Positions 20,415 to 32,390 of a DNA stretch of 64,000 nucleotides are shown piece by piece. The notes below the pieces were generated by a model that did no database searches, had not been told where the DNA came from, and worked only from the letters and a program-made list of their open reading frames with translations. Where the stretch lies: contig JBBIML010000012.1 of NCBI GenBank assembly GCA_037444405.1, positions 1 to 64,000 on the forward strand, written 5' to 3'. Source of the DNA: Armatimonadota bacterium. GTDB lineage: Bacteria; Armatimonadota; Fimbriimonadia; Fimbriimonadales; GBS-DC. A program made the position numbers and the translations under genes. Positions within the stretch are counted from its first letter, which is position 1. Each line of letters starts with the position of its first letter.

Positions 20415-21371
20415 ATGAGCGAAGTCGCACCTGAAGTGTTGACCCAGTTCGTTGTTCAGCAGGGGCGCCTCTGGCAGCGCGTGGCGCTCCACCTGTCCGA
20501 ACAGAACAACCTGCAGGTGGAGATTCCCATCCCCACCACCGAATCGACGCCAATTGGCGAGCTGAACGCGCTCAGCATGGAGCCGGTGCTGTATGCGCAG
20601 GGCGGCTTCGCCGAGTTTGAGAGCGAGCCATGCCTGATCCTGGTGGGCGACTGGACAGGGGAGCGCGAGTCGGCAGAGAGGGCACTCGGCGCAGCGGTGC
20701 TGGGCAGTGCACCAGAGACCTTCGACGAGACCGCCCTGAACAGCCTGCGCGAATTCTTCAGCCAGCTGATGCAGGGGTTGGCGCTCGCTTTCGGCGAACT
20801 GCGGGACAGCACCTTCACGCCGCTAACAGTGGAGGTGAAGCGTGCCCCGCTCGTGCTGCCGCCCAACTTTTTGAGCGTGGACGCGCTCATCACGGTACAG
20901 CTGACGCTGAACATTCCAGAGCGCGAGCCTGTGCCGCTCACCTGGCTGCTGACGGACACGCTCGCGGCTCTGTTGCTGGGTCTCCCGCTGAAGGAGGCGG
21001 ACCCGCTCAGCGGCTTTGCATTCGAGGAAGCATCTTCGGAGCCGACAACCGCCCCCCCGACCCCGCCCAGAGGGTTCAACCCTTTCGGCGAGGTGGAAGG
21101 TGCCTCCCCACGCAATCTCGATCTGCTGATGGACATCCCGCTGGAGGTGTCGGTCGAGCTGGGGCGCGTGACTCTTCTGGTGAGCGAGCTGCTGGAAATC
21201 GGCACAGGCTCCATCGTGGAACTCAAAAAGGTGGCGGGTGAACCTGTGGAGGTGCTGGTTAACGGACGGCTTATCGCACGCGGTGAGGTGGTGGTCGTGG
21301 AGGATAACTTCGCTGTGCGCATCACCGAGATTATCTCACCCATCGAGCGCGTGCAACGGCTGGGAGCGTGA
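20415..21371 (+). CDS. fliN: Flagellar motor switch protein FliN/FliY
   Basis: C-terminal NLDLLMDIPLEVSVELG...GEPVEVLVNG..IARGEVVVV..NFAVRITEI; extended N-terminus. Confidence 0.9.
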   Translation: MSEVAPEVLTQFVVQQGRLWQRVALHLSEQNNLQVEIPIPTTESTPIGELNALSMEPVLYAQGGFAEFESEPCLILVGDWTGERESAERALGAAVLGSAPETFDETALNSLREFFSQLMQGLALAFGELRDSTFTPLTVEVKRAPLVLPPNFLSVDALITVQLTLNIPEREPVPLTWLLTDTLAALLLGLPLKEADPLSGFAFEEASSEPTTAPPTPPRGFNPFGEVEGASPRNLDLLMDIPLEVSVELGRVTLLVSELLEIGTGSIVELKKVAGEPVEVLVNGRLIARGEVVVVEDNFAVRITEIISPIERVQRLGA

Positions 21372-22003
21372 AGACCATGAACCGATACGGGCGTAGTCTG
21401 TGGGTGATGACGCTGAGCGCGGGGTTGCTGATGCTGGCGCTGGCGCAGGAGCTGAAGCCGGGCGCGTTCGGCACGCGCGGGAGTGTGCCCCTGCGCGTGG
21501 CGGCGCCTGCAACGGGTGGCTCTGCATGGGTGCAGATGACGGTCGCGCTGGTGCTGGTGGCGCTCGCTTTGCGCTACGGGCTACCTCGCCTGATTGGCTG
21601 GGCAGGCAGGGCAGGTGTCGGCTCGCGCCTCGACGGGCAGATTCGAGTGCTGGAGAGCCGCGCGGTGCCCGGCGGTAGCCTGCTGCTGGTCAAAGCCCGC
21701 GACCACCTGCTGCTGATCGGCGCCACACCACAGAGCATGCAACTGATCGCCGATTTGACCCCCTCGCCCGTGCCCTCTCCCCCGCTGGGGGAGAGGGAAT
21801 CTGAACCCCTCCTCCCCTCTGGGGAGAGGGCTGGGGTGCGGGGTTCAGAGGGCTGGGATTCTCAACCCTTTGAACAGGCGCTGCGGAGCGCGGAGCGAAA
21901 CGCGCGCGGTGTCGTGCCCGCGGACTGGCAACAGGAGGTCGCCAGCGAACTTCAGAACCGAATCCAGCAGGCGCGCGCCCGCCTGAAGGAGTTATGCCGA
22001 TGA
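21368..22003 (+). CDS. fliO: Flagellar biosynthesis protein FliO-like, with in-frame palindromic insertion
   Basis: TM segment then IRVLESR..LLLVK...LLIGAT; located between fliN and fliP. Confidence 0.75.
   Translation: MKTMNRYGRSLWVMTLSAGLLMLALAQELKPGAFGTRGSVPLRVAAPATGGSAWVQMTVALVLVALALRYGLPRLIGWAGRAGVGSRLDGQIRVLESRAVPGGSLLLVKARDHLLLIGATPQSMQLIADLTPSPVPSPPLGERESEPLLPSGERAGVRGSEGWDSQPFEQALRSAERNARGVVPADWQQEVASELQNRIQQARARLKELCR
21759..21844. repeat. Palindromic CCCTCTCC..GGAGAGGG element, in frame in fliO
   Basis: Encodes PSPVPSPPLGERESEPLLPSGERAGVRG. Confidence 0.75.
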
Positions 22004-22758
22004 GGCTATCACCTGCATTTGCCCGCCTGCTTCTGTTCGCGCTGCTGACGGCGCCCGCGCTGCTGATGGCGCAGGAATCGGTGCCCGTGCCCCGCATCAC
22101 CATCGGCGTAGACACCGCCCGCAACCCGCAAGAGGTCTCCACCTCGTTGCAGATTCTCGCTTTGCTCACCCTGCTTTCGATTGCGCCCTCGATTCTGCTG
22201 ATGATGACCGCCTTCACCCGCATCGTTATTGTGCTTTCGTTTCTTAAGAGCGCGCTGGGCACGCCGAACATCCCGCCGACGCCTGTGCTGATTGGCTTGA
22301 GCCTCTTTTTGACCTTCTATGTGATGGCGCCCACGCTTGATCAGATCAACCGCGATGCCCTTCAGCCGTATCTGCGCAAGCAGATTACCTTTGAGCAGGC
22401 GCTGACACGCGCCGAGCAGCCGATCCGCGCCTTCATGCTGCGCCAGACCTACACGGACGATTTGAACCTCTTTTTGCGGATGCGCAACCAGCCTGCGCCG
22501 CGCACGCCCGACGAGGTGCCGCTGACCGTTTTGATCCCCGCCTTCATTCTGAGCGAACTCAAAACCGCCTTCCTGATCGGCTTCTATATCTATATCCCGT
22601 TTCTGGTGATCGATCTGGTGGTTGCCAGCATTCTGCTGTCGATGGGTATGATGATGCTGCCGCCGGTGGTGGTCTCGCTGCCGGCGAAGCTGCTGGTGTT
22701 CACGCTGGCGAACGGCTGGAGCGTGCTGGCGCAGGCGCTGGTGCAGGGCTTTCGATAG
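21994..22758 (+). CDS. fliP: Flagellar export apparatus protein FliP
   Basis: MTAFTRIVIVL, PAFILSELKTAF, IDLVVASILLSMGMMMLPP. Confidence 0.96.
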   Translation: MPMRLSPAFARLLLFALLTAPALLMAQESVPVPRITIGVDTARNPQEVSTSLQILALLTLLSIAPSILLMMTAFTRIVIVLSFLKSALGTPNIPPTPVLIGLSLFLTFYVMAPTLDQINRDALQPYLRKQITFEQALTRAEQPIRAFMLRQTYTDDLNLFLRMRNQPAPRTPDEVPLTVLIPAFILSELKTAFLIGFYIYIPFLVIDLVVASILLSMGMMMLPPVVVSLPAKLLVFTLANGWSVLAQALVQGFR

Positions 22759-22842
22759 CAGCAGGAGACCCGCACCCGTTCACGAATCGTTTGGGGTACA
22801 ATATATCGGCGGGTATCTGCCCGCCGGCACAAACGGAGGCGA

Positions 22843-24225
22843 ATGACAATGGTTCGTGTGGCGATAGGGTTGGTGCTGCTGATCGGCTTTGCATGGGCGC
22901 AGGCGCCGTTTACCATCGTGCGCCCGCTGGAAGGCGCGCGCGTGCGGGAGAAAGTGCAGGTGCGTGTGCCGCTGCACAGCGTCCCGGCAGAAGGGTTCAT
23001 CGGCGTCAGCATCGATGGCAAATTTGTGGAGGCGGTCGCTCCTGCCGCCCTCAAAACCGATAAGGAGAAAGGGCATCTCATCTACGAATGGGACACCAAA
23101 GCGACCAACACGCCCGATGGCAAGCATAATATCGAGCTGACCCTTTACGGCGGAGGCAACGAGCGCCGCATTCTGGCACGCAGCGCGGTCAATGTAATTG
23201 TGCAAAACAAAATCAGGGTTCCTGCGGGCGGCATTCGGTTGCAATACAAGTGGGTGCCCGGGCGCGATTTTCGCTATCAGGTGCGCACTCTGGCGAAAGA
23301 CCAGACCGAGCTGAAAGACACGGGACTCAGCCCCGAAGAGACTTTGCTGCTGGACGCCCGCTACGGCGTCGATCTCTACACGCAGGACTTCACACCGCCG
23401 TTCGCGCTGATTTCGTGGCTCCCTGTTGCGCCCGCCATCATCTACGAGGGCGGTCAATATCGCGTGATTACAGGCGACAACATGGCGCCCGTCTATCAGC
23501 AGGTGGAGACCACCGGGCGCGTGGTCTATCAGGCGTCGCGTCTGGGCGAGTCGCAACAGTATCAGTTTTTCTATGTGACGGCGGGCGACCTGCCTGGGCT
23601 GCCGCCCACCAGGGTCACCGAAGGCTTCCGCTGGACGATGACCTTTGTGCAGTATGACCCGCTGGAGACGGGTGAAGGCGGCAATCCGAAGGTGGCGGCG
23701 CGCTTCCCCATCGCTGCTCGAATCGAGAGCTTCGAGTGGGAGCGGGGTTATAAGTGCGCCAAAATCGTGTGCGAGTTTTCGGGCAACCTGCCAGGCAAGT
23801 TCGATATGGGCGAGTTCCGCCTCGAAAAGCCGAAGGTGAAAGTGAAGCGGGTCATCTACTTCGCCTACGATCTGGGTCAGGTGGTGCGCATGACCACCTC
23901 CGTCGAGTTTGAGATCACCGCCCGCGAGCAGATAGGCGGCGGTGGCGGCGGGATGGGCGGCATCGGCGGTCCGCTTAGCGCTCCCCCGACGCGCGGCGGT
24001 CGTGGCGGTTTCGGCGCGGGCGACATGGGCGAAGAGGGCGGCATGGGCGCACCGCGCGGTCGTGGCGGTCGCGGCGGTGGCATGGCGCTCGGCGGTCAAC
24101 CCCCAGGCGCCCCGCCCTATGGACCCGGACAGCAAGGTGGGCGTGGCGCCGCCACGATGCCCGGACAGGCGGTCATCAACCGCTTCATCGTCATCGATGA
24201 ATGGGTGCTGACGAAAATCTTTTGA
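22843..24225 (+). CDS. Secreted hypothetical protein, N-terminal Ig-like domain and Gly/RGG-rich segment
   Basis: Signal peptide AWA-Q; YEWDT...PDGKH.IEL Ig-like signature; low-complexity segment near C-terminus. Confidence 0.7.
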   Translation: MTMVRVAIGLVLLIGFAWAQAPFTIVRPLEGARVREKVQVRVPLHSVPAEGFIGVSIDGKFVEAVAPAALKTDKEKGHLIYEWDTKATNTPDGKHNIELTLYGGGNERRILARSAVNVIVQNKIRVPAGGIRLQYKWVPGRDFRYQVRTLAKDQTELKDTGLSPEETLLLDARYGVDLYTQDFTPPFALISWLPVAPAIIYEGGQYRVITGDNMAPVYQQVETTGRVVYQASRLGESQQYQFFYVTAGDLPGLPPTRVTEGFRWTMTFVQYDPLETGEGGNPKVAARFPIAARIESFEWERGYKCAKIVCEFSGNLPGKFDMGEFRLEKPKVKVKRVIYFAYDLGQVVRMTTSVEFEITAREQIGGGGGGMGGIGGPLSAPPTRGGRGGFGAGDMGEEGGMGAPRGRGGRGGGMALGGQPPGAPPYGPGQQGGRGAATMPGQAVINRFIVIDEWVLTKIF

Positions 24226-24249
24226 AGCGCATCGGTCAGGAGTGAGAGC

Positions 24250-25041
24250 GTGGCAAGCCCAGCCGGTCTGGAACCGCCCCCTGTGCGACGCGAGGAGGAG
24301 GTGCGGGCAACTTTTATCGAGCATCTGGAGGAGTTGCGGAAGCGCATCTTCCGCGCTCTGATGTATGTCATGCTCGGCTGGATTGTCGGCTTCATCATTG
24401 AGCCGTATGTGTATCACTTTCTGGCGAAGCCTCTGCTGGGCACGATGCCCCGAAGCACCCAGTTCGTGTTCACACATGCGACCGAGCCGTTCTTCCTGAA
24501 GTTCAAGCTGTCGCTGATTCTGGGTCTGCTGCTGGTCGTGCCGCTCATTGTGGGCGAGCTGTGGGGCTTTCTTAAGCCTGCCCTGACCCGTCAGGAACGC
24601 CGCGCGGTGAAGCTGATTATCCCTTTCAGCACCTTCCTGTTCTTTCTGGGCGCGGGGCTGGGCTACTTCATTCTGCCCGCCGCGTTCCGATTCTTCCTGA
24701 GCTACCTGAAAGATTATCCGGACGCCGTGCTGTATCAGAACCCCGCGCAATATGTGACCTTCGTGGTGAAGATGATGCTGGCGTTCGCGCTGGGTTTCCA
24801 GATGCCAGTGGTGCTGATGTTCCTGGCGCAAATCGGGCTGGTGACCCCGGAGACGATGTGGCGCAACTGGCGCTATGCGGTGGTGGTGATCGCGCTCTTA
24901 GCGGCGGTGCTGACCCCGTCCGGCGACGCCTTCTCGATGCTGGCTGTTGCGCTGCCGATGGTGTTTCTCTACTTTCTGAGCATCGCGCTGGTGGGGCGAA
25001 TCGCCCGACGGCGCCGCCTGCGCGAACAGCAACGCCAGTAA
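24250..25041 (+). CDS. tatC: Twin-arginine translocase TatC
   Basis: EHLEELRKR, WGFLKPAL, FQMPV, AAVLTPSGD. Confidence 0.95.
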   Translation: MASPAGLEPPPVRREEEVRATFIEHLEELRKRIFRALMYVMLGWIVGFIIEPYVYHFLAKPLLGTMPRSTQFVFTHATEPFFLKFKLSLILGLLLVVPLIVGELWGFLKPALTRQERRAVKLIIPFSTFLFFLGAGLGYFILPAAFRFFLSYLKDYPDAVLYQNPAQYVTFVVKMMLAFALGFQMPVVLMFLAQIGLVTPETMWRNWRYAVVVIALLAAVLTPSGDAFSMLAVALPMVFLYFLSIALVGRIARRRRLREQQRQ

Positions 25042-25060
25042 ACTTTTGGAGGCAAGCACG

Positions 25061-26191
25061 ATGGGAACGGCTTACACACCTGGATTGACCGTGAGTGGCA
25101 ACACGATTGTGCGCAAGACGCGCCGACTGCCCATCAAGGGCGAGGTGCTGGTGAAGGAGGGCGATGCGGTCGACGCCGGCACGGTGGTCGCCCGCGCCTA
25201 CCTGCCCGGCATCCTCCAAACGGTGCGCGTGGCGCAAACGCTCGGCATCGAAGCGAAGCAGATTCACGAGGTGCTGAAGGTCAAAGAGGGCGACACGGTT
25301 GAAAAAGACCAGATTATCGCCGAGACGAAGGGCTTCTTCGGGCTGTTTCGGGGCGTCTGCAAGTCGCCCGTGCGCGGCACAGTGGAGCTGATCTCGCCCG
25401 TGACGGGGCATGTGGGCGTGCGCGAGCCGCCGACGGTGATCGAGGTCAACGCCTATGTGAAGGGGCGCGTGGTGCAGGTGCTTCCCGAAGAGGGCGCGAT
25501 CATCGAAACGCAGGGCGCGTTCATCCAGGGCATCTTCGGCGTCGGTGGCGAGCGACAGGGTACCCTGCGCGTGGCGGTCCAATCGCCCGACGAGATTCTG
25601 ACCGAATCGCACCTGAGCGATGATATGGAGGGCGCGATCGTGGTCGGCGGCGCGGGCATCGAAAGCGCCGCCCTGCGCAAAGCCGCCCGAATCGGCATCG
25701 TGGGGCTGGTGGCAGGCGGAATCCGCGATATCGACCTGATCGAATTGCTTGGCTACGATATCGGCGTCGCCATCACCGGTCAGGAGGACATCCCGCTCTC
25801 GATTATCGTGACGGAGGGCTTCGGCGTGATGCGCATGGCGGCACGCACCTTCAATCTGCTTCGGCGGCTGGAGGGGCGGCTGGCATCCATCAATGGCGCG
25901 ACCCAGATTCGCGCGGGCGTGATCCGCCCCGAAATCGTGGTGCCGCTGGAGCAGTCGGAGCAGCCGTTAGAGGCGATGCCAACCGCCGAGAGCCAGCAGC
26001 TGAACATCGGCGTGCCCATTCGCATCATTCGCGAACCCTACTTCGGCCGGCTGGGGCGCGTGCGCGCACTGCCCCCGGAACTGATCGAAATCGAATCGGG
26101 CGCGCGCGTGCGCGTGCTGGAAGCCGAGCTGGAAGACGGGACGGTGGTGGTCGTGCCCCGCGCAAATGTCGAAATCATCGCGGAGGGATAG
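25061..26191 (+). CDS. Conserved hypothetical protein (hybrid-barrel motifs, C-terminal KOW-like)
   Basis: VLVKEGDAV and VKEGDTV..Q..AE..SPV.G.V hybrid-motif repeats; C-terminal IRIIREPYFG..G.V...VPRANVE. ATG follows GGAGG. Confidence 0.7.
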   Translation: MGTAYTPGLTVSGNTIVRKTRRLPIKGEVLVKEGDAVDAGTVVARAYLPGILQTVRVAQTLGIEAKQIHEVLKVKEGDTVEKDQIIAETKGFFGLFRGVCKSPVRGTVELISPVTGHVGVREPPTVIEVNAYVKGRVVQVLPEEGAIIETQGAFIQGIFGVGGERQGTLRVAVQSPDEILTESHLSDDMEGAIVVGGAGIESAALRKAARIGIVGLVAGGIRDIDLIELLGYDIGVAITGQEDIPLSIIVTEGFGVMRMAARTFNLLRRLEGRLASINGATQIRAGVIRPEIVVPLEQSEQPLEAMPTAESQQLNIGVPIRIIREPYFGRLGRVRALPPELIEIESGARVRVLEAELEDGTVVVVPRANVEIIAEG

Positions 26192-26192
26192 C

Positions 26193-26912
26193 ATGCGCGA
26201 CACCAGTGGCATGGGCGTCTCGCCCAGGACGAGCGAGCCTTACCGCGTGCTGATCGTGGAAGACGACACCGTGCTGCTGGAAACCCTGCAATACAATCTG
26301 CAACGCGAAGGCTTTCAGGTGCACACTGCGACCGACGCCGAGACCGCCCTGCGACTTTTTCACGAGACCCAGCCCGATGTGATCCTGCTCGATGTGATGT
26401 TGCCCGCTCGCAGCGGGTTCGAACTGTGTCGACTGATTCGTCAGCAGAGCGAGGTGCCGATTCTGTTTCTCACGGCGCGGGCAGTGGAGGAGGATCGGGT
26501 GCGCGGGCTGGAGATGGGCGGCGACGATTACATCGTGAAGCCGTTTGGCATGCGTGAGCTGATCGCGCGTGTGCGAGCCATCCTGCGCCGCACCACGCCC
26601 GCGCCCACATCGACCCTCATTCGCGCAGGCGAGCTGGAGATCGATCTGCAGGCGCGGCGCGTGCGACGCAACGGGCTCGAAATCACGCTCTCGCCCAAAG
26701 AGTTCGCCCTGCTCGCTCTGCTGGCGACCCACCCAGGCAAAGTGTTCTCCCGCGACGAATTGCTCAACAATGTGTGGGGACTCGATATCTATGTCAGCCC
26801 GCGCACCGTCGATGTGCATATCCGTTGGCTGCGCTCCAAGATCGAACCGGACCCTGACCATCCCCGCTATATCCACACTGTGCGCGGCGCAGGCTATCGC
26901 TTCGATATATAG
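26193..26912 (+). CDS. OmpR/PhoB-family response regulator
   Basis: LIVEDD, LLDVMLP, GGDDYIVKPF, winged helix RTVDVHIRWLRSKIE..TVRGAGY. Confidence 0.93.
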   Translation: MRDTSGMGVSPRTSEPYRVLIVEDDTVLLETLQYNLQREGFQVHTATDAETALRLFHETQPDVILLDVMLPARSGFELCRLIRQQSEVPILFLTARAVEEDRVRGLEMGGDDYIVKPFGMRELIARVRAILRRTTPAPTSTLIRAGELEIDLQARRVRRNGLEITLSPKEFALLALLATHPGKVFSRDELLNNVWGLDIYVSPRTVDVHIRWLRSKIEPDPDHPRYIHTVRGAGYRFDI

Positions 26913-29469
<2,557 letters not shown>

Positions 29470-29473
<4 letters not shown>

Positions 29474-29513
29474 GGGCGCACGGCCGTGCGCCCCTCCAGC
29501 CGTGCGCCCCTAC
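29470..29513. repeat. GTAG REP-like palindrome with duplicated arm between convergent genes
   Basis: GTAGGGGCGCACGGCCGTGCGCCCCT-CCA-GCCGTGCGCCCCTAC; contains both TAG stops. Confidence 0.75.
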
Positions 29514-30688
29514 AGCCGAACCTCGTGGCTGACCGTCTCACGAATGCGGAACCCGCGCCGCAGGAACTCGCGCACGAACTCGTGCCCGCTCATCGACTGC
29601 TCGTAGGGGATCAGCCCGCGCGGCACTGTGCCGTTCGCCACACCAATCGCGATAATCGAAGCCGAAAAGCCCGTGCAGCGCTCCATCGCCGTGAAGCCCG
29701 TCGCATCATCGTGATAATCGATCATCTGGAGCGTGATGCGATAGGGAGTGCCGTCCTTGATGCCTGTCGCCCACACATAGACCACCACCAGGTCCTTCTC
29801 GTCGGGGAACTGGATTCGGGGTGGAATAACGGTGGCGGTGAGCTGGCGCGGGCTGACGCTGACCTCTCCCACACGCACGGGCGCCTCATCAAAAAAGCCC
29901 AGATCGCGCAGGGCGCGCATAATCGCCCAGTGTCCGGGATAGCGCAAAGTTTTGTAATCATACTCACGCACCCTGCCTTCGAGGGTGAAAGGGGCGGTGG
30001 AGGTGCCGCCGGAGGTCGACGCCGCCTCCAGCATGCCCAGCCCCTCAATCTCCACAGGCTCCACATCGTCCAGTGTGTCCACATAGGTCGGCTTGCCGCC
30101 GCGCAGGGTTAGCGCCTTTCCCGTATATTCCGAAATGACGCCAATCATGTTGAACACCAGCTTGTAGCCGAGTGGTCCGATGGGGCGCTGGGGCAGCCCA
30201 CCGCAGCGCAAATGGATCGCGTCGCACTGATCCATTTTTTCCATGCAATAGAGTCCCAGATGGTTCACCATGCCCGGTGCCAGCCCGCAGTCGGGCACGA
30301 TCGCGATGCCTGCCTCCTGCGCCTCCTCGTGACGCTTGTGGAACTCGAACCAGAACCATTCGGGCTCGTTGCCCATGTCGATAAAGTTGCGTCGGGCATC
30401 CAGCGCCAGTTGCGCCAGCCGCATATTCATCTGCCACGGCACCGCGCTGATAATCACATCCGCCTGCTCGAAGTAGTCGCGTACCTGCTTCTCGTTGCGT
30501 GCATCGATCTGTTTAGGATAGACAATCGTGCGCTGTACCAGCTGATTCACCCATTCGGCTTTGAGGGTCGCCCGTTCCATGTCGATATCTGCCAGCGAGA
30601 TGGTTTCGGCGTCGCCGAAGCGTGCCAGGTCATAGGCGACGGCGGGACCCTGCATGCCAGCGCCCAGTATCGCATATCGCTTTCCCAT
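29510..30688 (-). CDS. Saccharopine dehydrogenase / lysine 6-dehydrogenase family
   Basis: ILGAGMQG, DCGLAPG, GGLPQ.P..PL.YK..F, YKTLRYPGH, TAMERCTGF. Confidence 0.88.
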   Translation of the reverse strand: MGKRYAILGAGMQGPAVAYDLARFGDAETISLADIDMERATLKAEWVNQLVQRTIVYPKQIDARNEKQVRDYFEQADVIISAVPWQMNMRLAQLALDARRNFIDMGNEPEWFWFEFHKRHEEAQEAGIAIVPDCGLAPGMVNHLGLYCMEKMDQCDAIHLRCGGLPQRPIGPLGYKLVFNMIGVISEYTGKALTLRGGKPTYVDTLDDVEPVEIEGLGMLEAASTSGGTSTAPFTLEGRVREYDYKTLRYPGHWAIMRALRDLGFFDEAPVRVGEVSVSPRQLTATVIPPRIQFPDEKDLVVVYVWATGIKDGTPYRITLQMIDYHDDATGFTAMERCTGFSASIIAIGVANGTVPRGLIPYEQSMSGHEFVREFLRRGFRIRETVSHEVRL

Positions 30689-30719
30689 CCGTTCATTCCT
30701 CCTTCTTTTAGCAATAAAG

Positions 30720-30746
30720 GAGGGGGGTCAACTTCTGACCCCCCTC
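30720..30746 (-). terminator. Hairpin downstream of flagellin
   Basis: 11-bp stem GAGGGGGGTCA/TGACCCCCCTC followed on the minus strand by CTTTATT. Confidence 0.55.
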
Positions 30747-30772
30747 GTGAAAGTATACCTGACGGTGCGGGT

Positions 30773-32221
30773 TTAGCGGATGAGCTGGAGTACCGCCTGC
30801 GGTGCGAAGTTCGCCTGCCCCAGCACCGCCATACCCGCTTGCTGAAGAATCTGGAACTTGGTGAAGCGGGCAATCTCTTCAGCGAAGTTCGCGTCGCGGA
30901 TGGACGACTCGGTGGCGGTCAGGTTCTCCTTCGCGATGCTGAGCGAGCGCATGGTGCTCTCCAGCACATTCTTCTGGAAAGCGCCCATATCGCCGCGCAG
31001 CTTGGAGACCTGCGCGATTGCCGCGTCGATAATCTGGAGCGCCTCATCCGCCCCGCCAGCGGCGGTGACATCGATGTCGGCAAGGCTCTTGCCTGCCACG
31101 ACGCCGGTACCCAGCTGAGAGGTGCTCATGTTATTGAGTGACAGGGCGACGGTCTGCCCGGCGTTGCCACCGACCTGGAACTGCAGCTGCCCGGTGGTGA
31201 TTCGGGCGACCTGAACGAGGCTTGTGGTGGCGTTGCCCGCCTCCGTCAGCAGGATCACATTGCCGTAGGTGTCGGTTAGGCGCAGCCCCGATTCACCCGC
31301 ACTGCGTCCACCCACGAACTTGACGGAGGTAACGCCCGAAGCGGTGTTGATCGAGACGGTGTACTCGGCGTTGCGTCCCGTCTGCACAGTGGCGCCGCCG
31401 CCGCTGATGATCAACCCGAGCGAGTCGTCAAGGTTCACGCGGAAGTTTGCGCCGTACTCGCTGGTGCGCAGGCGAATCACATAGCTGCCGCTCGCGAAGC
31501 TCGCTTCCGCGACAACGCCCGTCACAGAACTCGACGCATTGATCTTGTTGAGGAAGCTCTCCAGGGTCTCGGTGCCGTCGGTGGAGAAGGTCTGCCCGTT
31601 GATGACGATGCTGCCTGCGGCGACGGTGCTGGCAAGCGAGCCGTAGGAGACGCTGCCGGCGACCACCGCGCGTGCCGCCGAGGTAATCTGCTGGATGCTG
31701 ACTTCGCCAGAGGCGACGGCGACGCCGTTGAAGGTGCCGGTAAAGAAAGCGCCGCCCACAAGGTTCGCATTTGTCACGGCGGTGCTGACGCCCGCTGTGC
31801 CATCGAGCAGCTTCTTCGTGCCGAACTGGGTCTGCTGGGCGATGCGGTTAACGCTCTCTAACGCGGAGCGGATCTGGTTCTGGTCAGCCTGGAGCGCGGT
31901 CAGGTCATTGGTGCCCGTGTTGCCCGCATGCACCGCCAGCTGGCGGATACTGCGCAGCAGGTTGTGAATCTCTTCAAGGGCACCCTCGGCGGTCTTCACC
32001 AGGTTCGTGGCATCCTGCGAGTTCATAATCGCCTGCTCCAGCCCCGCAATCTGGGCGCGCAGGTTTTCTGAACGAATCAATCCTGCCGGATCGTCCGAAG
32101 CGCGCACAACGCGCAAGCCCGAAGCCAGTCGCTCAATCGAACGCCCAAAGCCCTCGGATGCACTCTGCACATTGCGCAGCGCAATCAGCGACGACATATT
32201 GGTGTTGATGCGCAGACTCAT
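30773..32221 (-). CDS. fliC: Flagellin
   Basis: MSLRINTN, ERLASGLR...DDPAGL, QVGGNAGQ, RGDMGAFQ, ESSIRDANFAEE, QAN..PQAVLQL. Confidence 0.96.
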   Translation of the reverse strand: MSLRINTNMSSLIALRNVQSASEGFGRSIERLASGLRVVRASDDPAGLIRSENLRAQIAGLEQAIMNSQDATNLVKTAEGALEEIHNLLRSIRQLAVHAGNTGTNDLTALQADQNQIRSALESVNRIAQQTQFGTKKLLDGTAGVSTAVTNANLVGGAFFTGTFNGVAVASGEVSIQQITSAARAVVAGSVSYGSLASTVAAGSIVINGQTFSTDGTETLESFLNKINASSSVTGVVAEASFASGSYVIRLRTSEYGANFRVNLDDSLGLIISGGGATVQTGRNAEYTVSINTASGVTSVKFVGGRSAGESGLRLTDTYGNVILLTEAGNATTSLVQVARITTGQLQFQVGGNAGQTVALSLNNMSTSQLGTGVVAGKSLADIDVTAAGGADEALQIIDAAIAQVSKLRGDMGAFQKNVLESTMRSLSIAKENLTATESSIRDANFAEEIARFTKFQILQQAGMAVLGQANFAPQAVLQLIR

Positions 32222-32225
32222 CGTT

Positions 32226-32286
32226 CATCCTCCCTGATAGATTGGATTTGGCTGGCACACGCGCCCCGCGATCCCTCAGCGGGGCG
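32226..32286 (-). promoter_or_regulatory. Flagellin 5' leader with putative CsrA sites
   Basis: Hairpin CGCCCCGC-TGAGGGATC-GCGGGGCG presents AGGGA in its loop; a second AGGGA overlaps the SD. Confidence 0.5.
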
Positions 32287-32390
32287 GTTCGTGAGCCACA
32301 GGGGATTGTGGGCATAAACCGAAAGCATCCTCTCCGCAAAAATACGGGAATTGGATAAAAAATCGTAAAAATGCGGGGAACCTGTTCAAA

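Noticed and set aside
22780..24831. 683-aa minus-strand ORF
   Set aside because: Antisense shadow of the 22843 gene and tatC in GC-rich DNA; no motifs.
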